A stretch of DNA of 64,000 bases from a virus, in IMG/VR virus record IMGVR_UViG_3300005529_000003, positions 1 to 64,000 of that record; one strand, given 5' to 3'. A program made the position numbers and the translations under genes. Position 1 is the first letter of the stretch, and the number at the start of each line of letters is the position of its first letter. This document shows positions 34,964-45,341 of the stretch, piece after piece. The notes beneath the pieces are model-generated. The model was not told the DNA's origin. It searched no databases and saw only the letters and a program-made list of their open reading frames with translations.

Positions 34964-37816
34964 TCACGCGGAAATCAATTCTGCGACTTCTTTGACTTCC
35001 GCCTCCTGAGTAAGGCGGAACTGCTCGACGTGATCCCCTAGATCTTCCGGGCAGACCCAGTCTAGTTCGGGCTCGTGGTCCAGTGCCTTGCCGACTGTCT
35101 CGGTGCAGAGGGCTGAGGCGACGTACATCCTTTCCTTGATCGTTTCCAGCCGCTCCTTGCTTTCCATGAGGAAGTCTGCGAGTTCCAACGCGACTCCTTC
35201 GTTACGTCCGATGGCGTACTGGATGGCGAGCGGATCGATTTCCATGCCGTTCACCTTCGCGAGTACCTTTGCGTACGTCTGGCGAAGCAGTTCGAGCCCT
35301 GAGACTTTCGCCGTCTCTTCACGATCGACGTAGATGATCTTCTCGTGGTCGTTCTGGTTCTTCCTTGCTTTCTTCTTTCGTTGAGACGCTGGAATCATTC
35401 TTGCGTTCAGCGAGCGGTTCCGGCCGATCCATTCCTTGAACCACTGGCCTCCTTGCTCGATCTGGCGGGCTACGTCGTCGATTGTCTCGACCTGGAGTAG
35501 CCTCTTGCGAATGATCGTTGCTGCCTCTGTCAGGAGTTTCTCTCCCTGAGCTTCGAGTCTCTCGGCCGTTCGCTCCAGGGCGGCTCGCAGCCTCTTCTGT
35601 CGGTCGATGTCCTCCTTCTTCCTGGGGTTTGCAGCCAGCATGTCCACTGCGTCAGCCGCGGAGTAGAGCGACTTGAACTCTGCCTCCTTCGCGATCGTGC
35701 AGAGCCTCGATGAATCGATCGGTTTCGTGTCGAGCCTCTCCAGTTCGTTGATCATCCTGATCAGGGTCCGCCAGGCGTTCTCTTCCGCCCGTCGTTCTGC
35801 CTTGAACTTCCACTTGCCGCAGCGACGTAGCGTTCTTGCCATGACGCCCTCGATCGTGTTCCTGAGCTTTGCCTCCTCTTCGAAGATGTCCTGGAGAACG
35901 TCCTTGAGGTACTCCGCGTTAGACTTCATGTCCTCCTGGACGTCTCTCGGTTGCTGGCGGTAGGTCGCCCGCATTGATTCGAGTTCCTTCTCGATCGTCT
36001 GTCGCTCGTTGTTCTTCTTGAGCAGCGAAGCCTCGTGCCATTCCATCGATCGTCGCTCTGACTCGACGTAGAACGTCTCTGGATCGAAGCTGAGAGGCGA
36101 TGGAGGAATGTAGTCGAGTGGCTCCTCACTCGCCAGTTCGAATTCCTCCCTGTCGAATGGATCGTTCTCTAGCCAGTCCTGAGCGTTGTGCTGCTTCCTG
36201 CTCGACGCAAGCTCCTCCAGGCAGGCGTCGAGTTCTTCGTGAGTGCCGAAGATCCACTTTGACGGCGGATCGTCCTCGTCTGCTCGTTCTTGCTCTCGCG
36301 TCTTGACGACTTGTAGCCAGATCGGAATGCCACAGAGGCGTGAAGGCAGAAACTCCTGACCGGACTTCGATGTGACGAACTCGCAGACGTCGAGCTTGTG
36401 CTGGTGTCTCGACTTCATGTCCGTCCTGTTCTGACGCAGTTTCATCCACTGCGTCATCCACTCCCTGAATGCCCCGTACACCTTCATCTGGTGGACATAC
36501 GGCTTGCCCGCTTCCGCGAGTGCTTCTGCCTCTTTCGATGTGGTGACGATGGGCAGTCTTGTGCCGTCGTCACGAACGTCGAGCATGTATCTCGACTTCC
36601 TTGTGTTGCCGTCCTTCTCGCCTGCTCCTGGGAAGAAGAACCCTTCCCCGAGCATGTCGTCGATCTTGTCGAGTGGGATGAAGCAGAGCGGGCTGTAGAC
36701 CTTGACCTCTTGTTTCTCCTGCGTCTTCCTGTTTGCGACGTCGTACTGCGTCACGGCGAGTTCTACTTTTGTCGGGAACTCCACTAGGCCCTTGCCGTCG
36801 TTGAACACCAGCGGCGTGAGGCTCGGGCGAGCGTAGAGCGTCCGCTCGATGACCATCAGCTCCAGCTCCTCGATCGCCTTCCTTGTTGCTCGATTCACCT
36901 TGATTCCGTGGAGTGAAGCTCCGAAGTCCATCACGAACTTGGATCGCCCCGGTCCTCCTGTCTTCGGGCGGTTCTTGATGTCCTCCATGATCGTGCCGAC
37001 GCATATCTTCCTGGGCAGTCCCGGAGCGTATCCCCACTTGCCACTGATCTCGTCCTGCTTCAGGTTCAGGAACGACAGGCAGGGCAGGAGAGAGTCTCGC
37101 TCGAATCCGTCTGGGTCGAAGACGTGATGCGACTTCGCCGTGCTGATCGTCTTCTGGGCGAGGTCGTTGAAGGTGTATACTGGCCGCTTGAAGCTCCATG
37201 CCGTGAAGCCGAGGGCCTTGAACTCCTCTCGCTCCTGGCGGACGAAGTTTCCTTCACGCGGCATCTTGCCAACGAGTTTGTCGTACACCTTGTATCCCTT
37301 CGACGGGACGACGACTGAGAACTCGATGCCCTTGTCGCAGATCTTCCTGACTCGAGAGAGGAACTGGCCTTTTGTCTTCTCACTGGCTGCCGCTGAGAGG
37401 ACGATGATCGCGTACTCGTTACGCTCTGGAAGAGCGTTCCCCTTGATTGGCCGTCCGCTCTGTCTCGTTGACGAGGCAATCACACCGAGGATCTCCGCCT
37501 CGCTCCCTCCTTTCCAGAGCATGGCGTCCTCGATCTGCTCGATCTCGAAGCCGTAGGGGAGGATGCAGACCGCCGATCTCTCCTTCGTTCTTCTGGCGGG
37601 AAGTTCCTGCTCTCCTGAGATTTCTTGCTTCAGGGGAATGTCGTCGTGAGCGTTGCTGAAGGCTGCACTTTTCTTCTCTTCTTCGGGAAATACCTTGCGC
37701 CTGAGTTGTGCAGTCTTGTTCTCGTGTTCGCGTGTCCACGCTTGGAGGTACAGCGGCATCATCCTGGCGAGATGAGGGTCTTGACTGAGGATTTCCGAGC
37801 ATGTAAGATGCTTCAT
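34964..37816 (-). CDS. Large hypothetical protein (950 aa)
   Basis: Long ORF with a coiled-coil C-terminal half; no motif recognised. Confidence 0.75.
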   Translation of the reverse strand: MKHLTCSEILSQDPHLARMMPLYLQAWTREHENKTAQLRRKVFPEEEKKSAAFSNAHDDIPLKQEISGEQELPARRTKERSAVCILPYGFEIEQIEDAMLWKGGSEAEILGVIASSTRQSGRPIKGNALPERNEYAIIVLSAAASEKTKGQFLSRVRKICDKGIEFSVVVPSKGYKVYDKLVGKMPREGNFVRQEREEFKALGFTAWSFKRPVYTFNDLAQKTISTAKSHHVFDPDGFERDSLLPCLSFLNLKQDEISGKWGYAPGLPRKICVGTIMEDIKNRPKTGGPGRSKFVMDFGASLHGIKVNRATRKAIEELELMVIERTLYARPSLTPLVFNDGKGLVEFPTKVELAVTQYDVANRKTQEKQEVKVYSPLCFIPLDKIDDMLGEGFFFPGAGEKDGNTRKSRYMLDVRDDGTRLPIVTTSKEAEALAEAGKPYVHQMKVYGAFREWMTQWMKLRQNRTDMKSRHQHKLDVCEFVTSKSGQEFLPSRLCGIPIWLQVVKTREQERADEDDPPSKWIFGTHEELDACLEELASSRKQHNAQDWLENDPFDREEFELASEEPLDYIPPSPLSFDPETFYVESERRSMEWHEASLLKKNNERQTIEKELESMRATYRQQPRDVQEDMKSNAEYLKDVLQDIFEEEAKLRNTIEGVMARTLRRCGKWKFKAERRAEENAWRTLIRMINELERLDTKPIDSSRLCTIAKEAEFKSLYSAADAVDMLAANPRKKEDIDRQKRLRAALERTAERLEAQGEKLLTEAATIIRKRLLQVETIDDVARQIEQGGQWFKEWIGRNRSLNARMIPASQRKKKARKNQNDHEKIIYVDREETAKVSGLELLRQTYAKVLAKVNGMEIDPLAIQYAIGRNEGVALELADFLMESKERLETIKERMYVASALCTETVGKALDHEPELDWVCPEDLGDHVEQFRLTQEAEVKEVAELISA

Positions 37817-37957
37817 GTGAGAATCTCTCCTGGTCGTGATGGGCCGGGGAATCTTCTGGCTGGAGACGCGGTTCTCGCAAGGGAATCGTGGAGATCCCTC
37901 ACGCTGAGTGGCGGTGCTAGTAACACCGCCACTCTCTTTGTCTCTACAGCCATTTGC

Positions 37958-38548
37958 TCATGATCGAGCCGCTGACGTCGTTCGACGTTCGTAGCGACTG
38001 TACTCTGTCGTCGTTGTTGATTCGCGATTTTCGCCTCGGGCTCTCGCTTCGAGTTCTTCTCGTTCGCGTTCGAGGCGTTCGCGTCGGCGTCGTCCCATTT
38101 CCCTCCAGTACGCCCTCTGTTCTGGCGTGCCTGGACGTCGTGGCCTCCTCGTTGTTCTTGTCGTTGTCGTGGTTGTTGTCGTTGTCGTCCGCGGTTCGCT
38201 TGCTGGCGGCACTGAATCCAGTCGCGTCTGCTCCTCCACGCTGACTGTTCGTTCGACATACTCCGCGTTCGTGAGGACATAGAGCGTCGTTGGCGTGAAG
38301 AGGAGCTGAACGCTTCTTTCGTGTCCGTTCTGCCTCCTGACTTCGAAGCAGATCTCGTTCTGTTCCTCCCGGTGTTCGCATTCTGCGAAGATGAGCAGCT
38401 TCTTTCTGAGCCGCTCGATCTCGTCGCCTGTTGTGTAGCGAAGCGTTAGCAACGCCTCTTGCTTCGCTTCGGGCCTGACCCTGATTTTCTTGACCAGGCC
38501 GTCGTTCGTGAACTTCACACCCAGAATCGACTCGATACCAGTATTCAT
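37958..38548 (-). CDS. Hypothetical protein with a poly-Thr linker
   Basis: GGGAG upstream; ordered N-terminus. Confidence 0.55.
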   Translation of the reverse strand: MNTGIESILGVKFTNDGLVKKIRVRPEAKQEALLTLRYTTGDEIERLRKKLLIFAECEHREEQNEICFEVRRQNGHERSVQLLFTPTTLYVLTNAEYVERTVSVEEQTRLDSVPPASEPRTTTTTTTTTTRTTRRPRRPGTPEQRAYWREMGRRRRERLEREREELEARARGENRESTTTTEYSRYERRTTSAARS

Positions 38549-38901
38549 CTCCCAAATGTCCTTGCTTCCTTTTACATCGGCGAAGCTAATTCCGCTCCTG
38601 GCTGGAGTAAGAGAGATATCGAAGACACGATCCTCGACCCCCTTCCTACACTCAGGAGTACAGGGGAGACTTTTTTTCGAGGCGAGCGGCAGCGTATCGA
38701 GCGACTCCTTCTCGGATTGTTCATTCCGCTTGTGTTGTCTGTTTCCTAAAGTTTCCTTTCCCTCCTATCAAGAAGGAGAAGGAGACTTTTCTTACCGAAC
38801 CACAACGCTTGAAAGACAACCCTTCAGAGTGATTTTACCGATCTGGAGGATTGCCGATCAAGTGTGTGCAATGTCGTGAGACGGTCTGTGCTGGCTTAGC
38901 A

Positions 38902-39198
38902 CTAGAGGTAACAAACATAGACAGGCTTTTGCCCTGTGAGTTCGTTTGCGATTCTCACCGCGATCCGCCGCACTGCTAGCGCTCTGAGGGCACTTTCCCC
39001 TCCCATGTCGTCGATGTTGTCGTAGCTGTACCGCCCGTCACTCCGCACGAGGTAGACACGACGAATCCATTCGCCCTTCATTGCCTCGATCGTCACTAGC
39101 CAGAAGTGCTTTCCCACGACTTCGACGACGACATCGAAGTCGCCGTCTTGCCTGAAGTGCTCTTCTGTCTTGAGTTGCCAGCCCTGAGTTGAGATCAT
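38902..39198 (-). CDS. Hypothetical protein
   Basis: ORF in the minus-strand arm. Confidence 0.55.
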   Translation of the reverse strand: MISTQGWQLKTEEHFRQDGDFDVVVEVVGKHFWLVTIEAMKGEWIRRVYLVRSDGRYSYDNIDDMGGESALRALAVRRIAVRIANELTGQKPVYVCYL

Positions 39199-39556
39199 TC
39201 CATTCTCTTTCTGTAGTAGTTCGTTGTGTGTTGAGACAATAACGCCTCAGCAAGTCCCGCTCTTTCTGTTCTAGCGAGACCCGCCGAGGCATTCATTTAC
39301 CTGTCGGGCATGGGGGGCGAATCAGTCTGTTGTCAGGTCTTTTACCACTTCGTCGCGGAGAAGTCTTGCATCCAGTTTGCGGCTTTCTTGCAGCTTCTCT
39401 TCATCGTCCCAGAGATCCTGTTCGATCTCTGACGTTCTGTTGACGAGGTTTTTTTCGGTCCTTCATCCATTGGCTGTCGATCGCTCTGAGTTTTTCCATC
39501 ACTTGAGCGTATTCGTCCTTCAGGGCTTGTCGTTCGTCTGCTGTCATTTTTTCTCC

Positions 39557-39931
39557 TTACCAGTCGAGTTCTTCATTCAGCTTCTTCCTGATCCTCTTGA
39601 ACTGCTCTCCCAGTACTCCTTCTGTCTTATCTGCTGAGTCCAGCAAGAACAGGATGTGCCAGACTTCCTCGCTTGAAGGCGACCACGGTAGGCGTTTCTT
39701 GTCTGTTGCGTACGACATATAGTAGTCGTTTGCCGGCTTTCTATCCTCCTCCGAAGCTCGTGGCATTCGAGAGAGATAGATCGGTGGTCTTTTCTGGGCG
39801 GCTTCCATCTCCTGTCGTATCTGTTCTGTCAGGAGATCGTGCCAGCCTCGATCCTTTCCTGCCTGGAAAGAGATGAAGCTGACGAGAGCGACGACGATCG
39901 ATGCGAACACCCACTCGATGATCTGTTTCAT
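39557..39931 (-). CDS. Hypothetical membrane-anchored protein
   Basis: MKQIIEWVFASIVVALVSF; AAGGAG upstream. Confidence 0.55.
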   Translation of the reverse strand: MKQIIEWVFASIVVALVSFISFQAGKDRGWHDLLTEQIRQEMEAAQKRPPIYLSRMPRASEEDRKPANDYYMSYATDKKRLPWSPSSEEVWHILFLLDSADKTEGVLGEQFKRIRKKLNEELDW

Positions 39932-39977
39932 GACTGAATCTCCTTTCTGTGCAGATTGTCCTTTGGCCTGATGGGAT

Positions 39978-40328
39978 TTAGTCTTCCTTACGCTTGTGAC
40001 ATCCATCTGCGTAGCAGCCCTTGCACATCCTTGCCTCTTCTGCTGGTAGCATCTTCGTCGCTGTTGCCATTCGCTTCCAGTTGCACGGCTCGGTAGGGTC
40101 CTTCTCGTCCAGGACAATTACTGTCCACCCTTCCACGAGCCAGCCGACCACTCGTCCGTTGAAGGTGTCGTGAGCGTCCTCGTCGTTCATCGGGTGGCTG
40201 TGTTCGATGTGCCCGCGGCCGTCGTCCTCTCTGAAGCTGAACTTGTTCCCGAACCCGTTCGCTTTCTTTCTGTGGTACATCGTGAAAGTCATGGTGACGG
40301 CGACGAGAGCTGATGATGTTGTGTTCAT
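39978..40328 (-). CDS. Hypothetical protein
   Basis: AAGGA upstream. Confidence 0.55.
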   Translation of the reverse strand: MNTTSSALVAVTMTFTMYHRKKANGFGNKFSFREDDGRGHIEHSHPMNDEDAHDTFNGRVVGWLVEGWTVIVLDEKDPTEPCNWKRMATATKMLPAEEARMCKGCYADGCHKRKED

Positions 40329-40458
40329 TCGATCTTCCTTTCGTGGTTGATGCTTATCAGATTCTCGAATTCACGTTGTCCAGCCGTACTGTTCGCTGAA
40401 GCAGACAGGGTACTTCTTCTCTGACTCGACTTCCTCAGCGAGCCATTCGCTCTCCTTG

Positions 40459-40743
40459 TCAGAACGGCATTGTATCTTCGAGCACCTGAAGATGGTTCTG
40501 GATGTACCGAGGTAGCGACCTTCGCTCCTCCTGCTCTTTCATCCTCCTCGCCTCTCGAATCCTGTCGAGTTCGTCGAGGCTGATTCCTTCGTCCTCGCCG
40601 TCTTCCTCTGTGTACTTTTCTTCAGTGCCGAGGTTGCTGAGGTTTTCACAGAAGCAGCAGACGTATCCGCCGTGGAGATTGTTGTAGTCGAGCGTCGGCT
40701 GACCGCAGTAGACGCACTCGCAGTCATCAGGATGTTGAATCAT
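40459..40743 (-). CDS. Cys-rich hypothetical protein
   Basis: CECVYC, CCFC. Confidence 0.5.
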   Translation of the reverse strand: MIQHPDDCECVYCGQPTLDYNNLHGGYVCCFCENLSNLGTEEKYTEEDGEDEGISLDELDRIREARRMKEQEERRSLPRYIQNHLQVLEDTMPF

Positions 40744-40791
40744 GATCGATGTCCTTTCTGTGTCTCTGACGTATTACGTTGTTCGTACGAA

Positions 40792-40836
40792 AGACTCTCT
40801 CTAACTTCTTAATGTGTAAGAAGTTAGAGAGAGTCT
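40792..40836. repeat. Perfect inverted repeat of about 19 bp
   Basis: AGACTCTCTCTAACTTCTT...AAGAAGTTAGAGAGAGTCT. Confidence 0.8.
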
Positions 40837-40860
40837 ATGACTGCACACCTTGTCGTCGTA

Positions 40861-41025
40861 TCATGCTGCTCCATTTGCACTTACGACGACCTCCGAAACA
40901 CTCTCTCCATTTGCACACGAAGGGCAGTACTCGTCGCCGTAGAGAGTGCGAATGAGTAAGCAGCCGCAGTCGCTGCACCGCTCGTCCTCGTGGCACTCCG
41001 CCTCGATGTCGCGTTCTTCCGTCAT
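40861..41025 (-). CDS. Small Zn-ribbon protein
   Basis: CSDCGC...YCPSC; ATGA coupling. Confidence 0.5.
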   Translation of the reverse strand: MTEERDIEAECHEDERCSDCGCLLIRTLYGDEYCPSCANGESVSEVVVSANGAA

Positions 41026-41423
41026 GATGTTTCTCCAGTGTTTTCCTGGGTTTGCTGTGTCTGTTGAGACTTCATCCACTCGATGCACTTCATGATGACG
41101 TCGCAGTGGCAAGCTAGTGGCGAGCACCAGCAGCCGAGATCGAGTTCGGGATGCTCGATTAGAAACTGAAGAGCAGCGACGACTGGCTCGTATCCATCCT
41201 GGATGCACTGCCACAGGTCCTTCTTAAATGCTGGAATCGCCTCACCACGTTTGTGAATCACTGTCTTGCCCTCGGCGTCTCTGCACCAAGGACAGGCACG
41301 GTGGATCGGATGTTCGTTGGCGAGAGGCGAAAGAGGCCATCCGTTACAGGCCCGACCGCAGTAGTAGATTCGCTTGGCTCGTGGTGATCCAGGGCGAATC
41401 CCTTTCACGTTGACGACTTTCAT
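41022..41423 (-). CDS. DUF4326 family protein
   Basis: KVVNVK, YCGR, SPLAN, DLGCWCSPLACHCDVI. Confidence 0.8.
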   Translation of the reverse strand: MKVVNVKGIRPGSPRAKRIYYCGRACNGWPLSPLANEHPIHRACPWCRDAEGKTVIHKRGEAIPAFKKDLWQCIQDGYEPVVAALQFLIEHPELDLGCWCSPLACHCDVIMKCIEWMKSQQTQQTQENTGETS

Positions 41424-41629
41424 CTTGGCTCCCAGGTGTTGTTGTCGAGTTCTTCTTGGGCTGTTTCTCTGGTGCGGAAGTAGTCAGATTCTCTGGAGTA
41501 CGGGCCGCACTTGCAGATCGTGCCGATGTAGAAGCCCGCGGCCGATCGACAGACTTGCATCTGAAGTTTCGTTCCGCACTCAGAGCAGACGGGACTCGCA
41601 CCACTGAGGATCGTTTCACCAGGAAGCAT
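41420..41629 (-). CDS. Conserved small phage protein
   Basis: QVCRSAAGFYIGT...PYSRESDYF. Confidence 0.7.
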   Translation of the reverse strand: MLPGETILSGASPVCSECGTKLQMQVCRSAAGFYIGTICKCGPYSRESDYFRTRETAQEELDNNTWEPR

Positions 41630-42093
41630 CACTGATTCTCCTCTGCTTGTTTGAGTTCGTTGCGGACTTGCATGAGCAGCTTGCCGAGATAATTCTCGCC
41701 GACGCCGTTGCAAACTCCCCAGAAGACGTCACCCCAGGTGTTCGCTTCCACGAGTTCTTCCTCACCCGTCGCCAGGAGCTTCTCTTTCAGGGACGAGATG
41801 GCGAACTTCTGTCGCAGCAGTCTCAGCATTACCTCCAGCTTGATATCATCCCAGTCTGTTCGAACAGTCGATTGAAGTCCTCTTGCTGTTCGCTTTGCTG
41901 CTGCTGGCGTCTCACAGAGCAGGATCGCCTCACGAGCAGAGCGATCATCGCCTTGCCGAATGACTCCAGGGAAGAACTTTGCCCACTGATACGCCTGCTC
42001 GACAGAGTGAAACAGCGTGCCGTCTTTCGCCTTCACTTCACAAGCCCAGAAGTTCGAGAGCCAGCGGTATTCGCCAAAGAATCCAGCGATCAT
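41629..42093 (-). CDS. NADAR family protein
   Basis: WLSNFW, SVEQAYQWAK, DWDDIK, KLLATG, LVEAN.WGDVFWG, GENYLGKLLM. Confidence 0.9.
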   Translation of the reverse strand: MIAGFFGEYRWLSNFWACEVKAKDGTLFHSVEQAYQWAKFFPGVIRQGDDRSAREAILLCETPAAAKRTARGLQSTVRTDWDDIKLEVMLRLLRQKFAISSLKEKLLATGEEELVEANTWGDVFWGVCNGVGENYLGKLLMQVRNELKQAEENQ

Positions 42094-43104
42094 CTTCCGC
42101 TCCTTCACCAGACTTGTAAGCGAGCAAGAGCGAAACATTCACTCTATCAAACTCACTTACACTCCAAGAAAGCAACCACGACAAACCGTTCAAGCCGTCG
42201 AGACAGCGTCCATCTCTAACACCACGAATAACAACTTCTCTCCAACCGACGATGAAGAGAGTGGAGAGATTTTCTATTATTCACAGAGCGTGTGGTTAGT
42301 CTGGCTACCTAAACACACTGTCAGAAATGGTTCTTTCTGCTTCTGAGCAAAAACTTTTCACGCCCTTTTCTTGTCGTCATTAACGCACCTGGCGAAGTTT
42401 TTTCTGCTTATCGCTTAAGGACTTATGGAATCGAAGATGATTTCCTGTTCACTTTTCCTTGACAAGTTGTTTTAAAGTATGCTACACGCTCTTAGAGAGC
42501 GTTCCGCAGCGTCCTATCTGCTATTCCACGATCCTCCAAAGCGGTAAAACAGCAAGGATTGTTTCAGCGGTGGACAAGTTGGTTCCACCTGTCCACATCA
42601 TCTCATCGAGGTTTTCGATGTGGACAGGTCTCTGATGTGGAATCTTAAAAGCTTCCTCCGCTCCTCTGTAGGAGTTGAGAGACGAGAAAGTTGTCAGTCC
42701 AGAAGCAAGGCTCTGGGCACTTGGGGACCAAAGGAAGAAGCAGAAATAACGTTCTCGGGCCTTGGGCCTTGATGAGGGTGTGAAGTTCTTCTTCCTCTTC
42801 CCGCCTCGTGACGGTCCCCAACACCCACACATGGCTCTGAAGCTCGCTTGACGAACAACAACGAGCAGCGAGTGACTGACAGCAGCCTGGACGAGTGACG
42901 AACAACGAAGAGGGACAGCCAACTTCTCTTTCTTCGCTGGGGAGTAAGAAGAGACTTTTGAAGTTCTCTTCTTCCACTTGTCCATTTCGAGATGACGAAA
43001 AAACGATCATTCGAAAACTTTAGAGATTGAAACCGCGAGAGTGAAGCGACTCAAGAAGCTGAGTTTTCTTGAGACGGTTTGACGATAAGAAGAGAAAAAA
43101 GAAA

Positions 43105-43148
43105 AGACCGCGGCCTCTACTCCTTGCGAAGTAGAAGCTGCGGTCTTC
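43105..43148 (-). terminator. Intrinsic terminator
   Basis: AAGACCGCGGC...GCTGCGGTCTT followed by a long T run on the minus strand. Confidence 0.65.
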
Positions 43149-43160
43149 TCGTTCACACGA

Positions 43161-43520
43161 TTAGAAGTGGATGCGACACAGCGTCTTGCGATATTTGATG
43201 AATCGCTCTGTGTACATCCTGCGGATCTTGTAGTCGGGGTGCTGTTCCGACTGTCGCTTTATGTACTGCATCTCTTCGACACACTTCTCTCTAAAGAATA
43301 GGAGGTCGTCGCTGCTGAGGTCCACGATGCACTCGTAGAGACGCTGGAGCGTGGAGAGGGTGCAGAGGCCGCCACACGCGAGGAACGCCATCCAGGCGTC
43401 CGCGATGGAGTGAGAGGGCCTGGTGATTCGACGCGGTTCACACACGATGAGGATCGTGAGCACGAGGGCCGCGAAGAAGATCAGACAGAGGGTGAGACGC
43501 AGAATCGACAACTCGTTCAT
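43161..43520 (-). CDS. Hypothetical membrane protein
   Basis: N-terminal TM segment; AGGAG upstream. Confidence 0.55.
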   Translation of the reverse strand: MNELSILRLTLCLIFFAALVLTILIVCEPRRITRPSHSIADAWMAFLACGGLCTLSTLQRLYECIVDLSSDDLLFFREKCVEEMQYIKRQSEQHPDYKIRRMYTERFIKYRKTLCRIHF

Positions 43521-43615
43521 GTGATTCTCCTGGCTGGAGTGAGAGTTTACCAGAAACGAAGAGAGCCGCCTCGATCGTGAGACGGCTCGAAACTTTTCGG
43601 GACAGAGTGAGTCGC

Positions 43616-44155
43616 TTAGAAGCGATCCTCTTTAGTCGGCTGCTTCTTCGCGTTGAGAGCGGCGGTGCGGTCGGCGACGAACTTGCGGTGCTTCGTCGCC
43701 CGCTCGATTGTGACTTTCTTGCTGCCGTCACAGCACAGACAGACGCCAGGCTCCTTCCAGCCGGCGAACTGCACGAAGCCCTTGCCCTTGCACTTGGGGC
43801 ATTGGACGAGAGCGGGCTTCTTCGACGTGGATGCAGCGGGAGCAGCGGGAGCAGTCGGAGGAGTGAAGACCCAACTCCACTGCTCCGACTTCTTGTAGCC
43901 GAGATGCCTCAGCAGTTGGCGGAGAGCTTCACGCCCTTCCTCGGAGTACTCGGCGGGATCGACTTCGATCGCCTCACCCAGCACCTCGTTGCCGGTGTGG
44001 AAAGTGACGAGAGGAAGAAAGCCAGCAGGAGCAGAGACGTCGAGGCCCGACAGAATCGCTGTACCGCCTGAGTTGGGGACAGAGAACTCGATACGACCAT
44101 CGACGACTTTCCAGGAGAAGGACATCGCGGCCAGAACGGAAGAAGAAGCGGTCAT
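43616..44155 (-). CDS. Hypothetical protein with a DnaJ-like CxxCxGxG Zn finger
   Basis: CPKCKGKG, CLCCDGS; AAGGAG upstream. Confidence 0.6.
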   Translation of the reverse strand: MTASSSVLAAMSFSWKVVDGRIEFSVPNSGGTAILSGLDVSAPAGFLPLVTFHTGNEVLGEAIEVDPAEYSEEGREALRQLLRHLGYKKSEQWSWVFTPPTAPAAPAASTSKKPALVQCPKCKGKGFVQFAGWKEPGVCLCCDGSKKVTIERATKHRKFVADRTAALNAKKQPTKEDRF

Positions 44156-44296
44156 GACAGACTCCTTGCCATGAAGTGAAGGAGTTCAAGCAAGCTGCAA
44201 CACACAGCTTCACCAACTCAAATCACTTCAACTCAAGAAAGCGAAACGGCAAACTGTCCAGTAACGCTGAATGATGTGGTCGTATGCGGAAAAAGA

Positions 44297-44328
44297 AAAA
44301 CCCCTCAGCCTTGTAGACTGAGGGGTTC
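44297..44328 (-). terminator. Intrinsic terminator
   Basis: AACCCCTCAG...CTGAGGGGTT with a T run on the minus strand. Confidence 0.65.
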
Positions 44329-44346
44329 GTGTTTGTGTCGTGACGA

Positions 44347-44607
44347 CTACTGCCATGCCGACGCCTCGACGGCGGATAGCATTTCGATCTCCTCAGCGAG
44401 GGCGTCACTGAGTTGTAGCCACCGCTCCCGCTCCGCATAGCCGCTGAGCCACCAGCGAGCTTGTTCGAGAAACACGGGCTGCACCTTGCACAGATCTGCG
44501 AGTGAGGCATTCTCACAGATCAGATGCAGTGCGTGGGGGAGCGAGTGAACGCCAGAGACGAACTGTCGTCCTGTTACCACCATGCCGAGCAGACTCTTGA
44601 CTGCCAT
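44347..44607 (-). CDS. Hypothetical protein, first gene of the leftward arm
   Basis: AAGGAG upstream; terminator downstream. Confidence 0.55.
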   Translation of the reverse strand: MAVKSLLGMVVTGRQFVSGVHSLPHALHLICENASLADLCKVQPVFLEQARWWLSGYAERERWLQLSDALAEEIEMLSAVEASAWQ

Positions 44608-45095
44608 CGTCAGTCTCCTTTCGTGTGATCAGTTGTCGCGAATGCAACACGCATCCACCTAACAACTGATTCACATCCTGAATGCAAAGCGACAAACCGT
44701 TCAGTTTCTTGAGTCGTGCGTACGTCGTTGTGTCTTCTAGCTCTTGAAGCCCAAAACACAACGAGTAGACCCCCGTACCCCCTCCAGATCATCACAGCAA
44801 TCAATGAAACACTAACGGGGCTCCTTACAGAAACCCAAAGGATTTTCAAAGTTGGGATACTTTGCGAGTCTTTTATTCGATTTGAATCAACTCGAGACGT
44901 GTCAGAAAAACTGGTACGAATTTCTTACAAAAAAATCACAGGAGTTCATAACTTTTTCATGCAATGCGTTGCATGTTATCTTTCCTTTTAGTTATCGAGT
45001 TCTCGATAACTCGAGGTGACGCTTTGCATCAACAGCGATCACTTCTTCACAAATTCGTAACGAAACAAACAAGAACGGAAAGAAAGTAAAAGAAC

Positions 45096-45341
45096 ATGCA
45101 GGACTTCATCGCAAAGGCTCTGAAGAACTACAGGATGCAGCGGAACATGACGCAGGCGGACCTCAGCAGGGAGGCGGACGTCTCGCTCAGGATCATCAAC
45201 TACATCGAGAGCGGGGAGCAGTTGAACCCAAAACTCGTCACACTCACGAAACTTGCGAGGGCCCTCGGCGTTTCCGTGGAGGATCTGCTAAGGAATGCCA
45301 GGACGTCTTCTTCGAAGAAAACAAATGACGATGGGATTTAA
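45096..45341 (+). CDS. XRE/Cro-CI family HTH regulator
   Basis: MTQADLSREADVS..IINYIESG...LTKLARALGVSVEDLL. Confidence 0.9.
   Translation: MQDFIAKALKNYRMQRNMTQADLSREADVSLRIINYIESGEQLNPKLVTLTKLARALGVSVEDLLRNARTSSSKKTNDDGI

Noticed and set aside
42459-42483. Sigma70 promoter TTGACA...TATGCT
   Set aside because: The spacer is only 13 nt.
42548-42556. Additional ACAGCAA motif RNA
   Set aside because: It lacks the flanking 8-bp terminal stem seen in the other copies.
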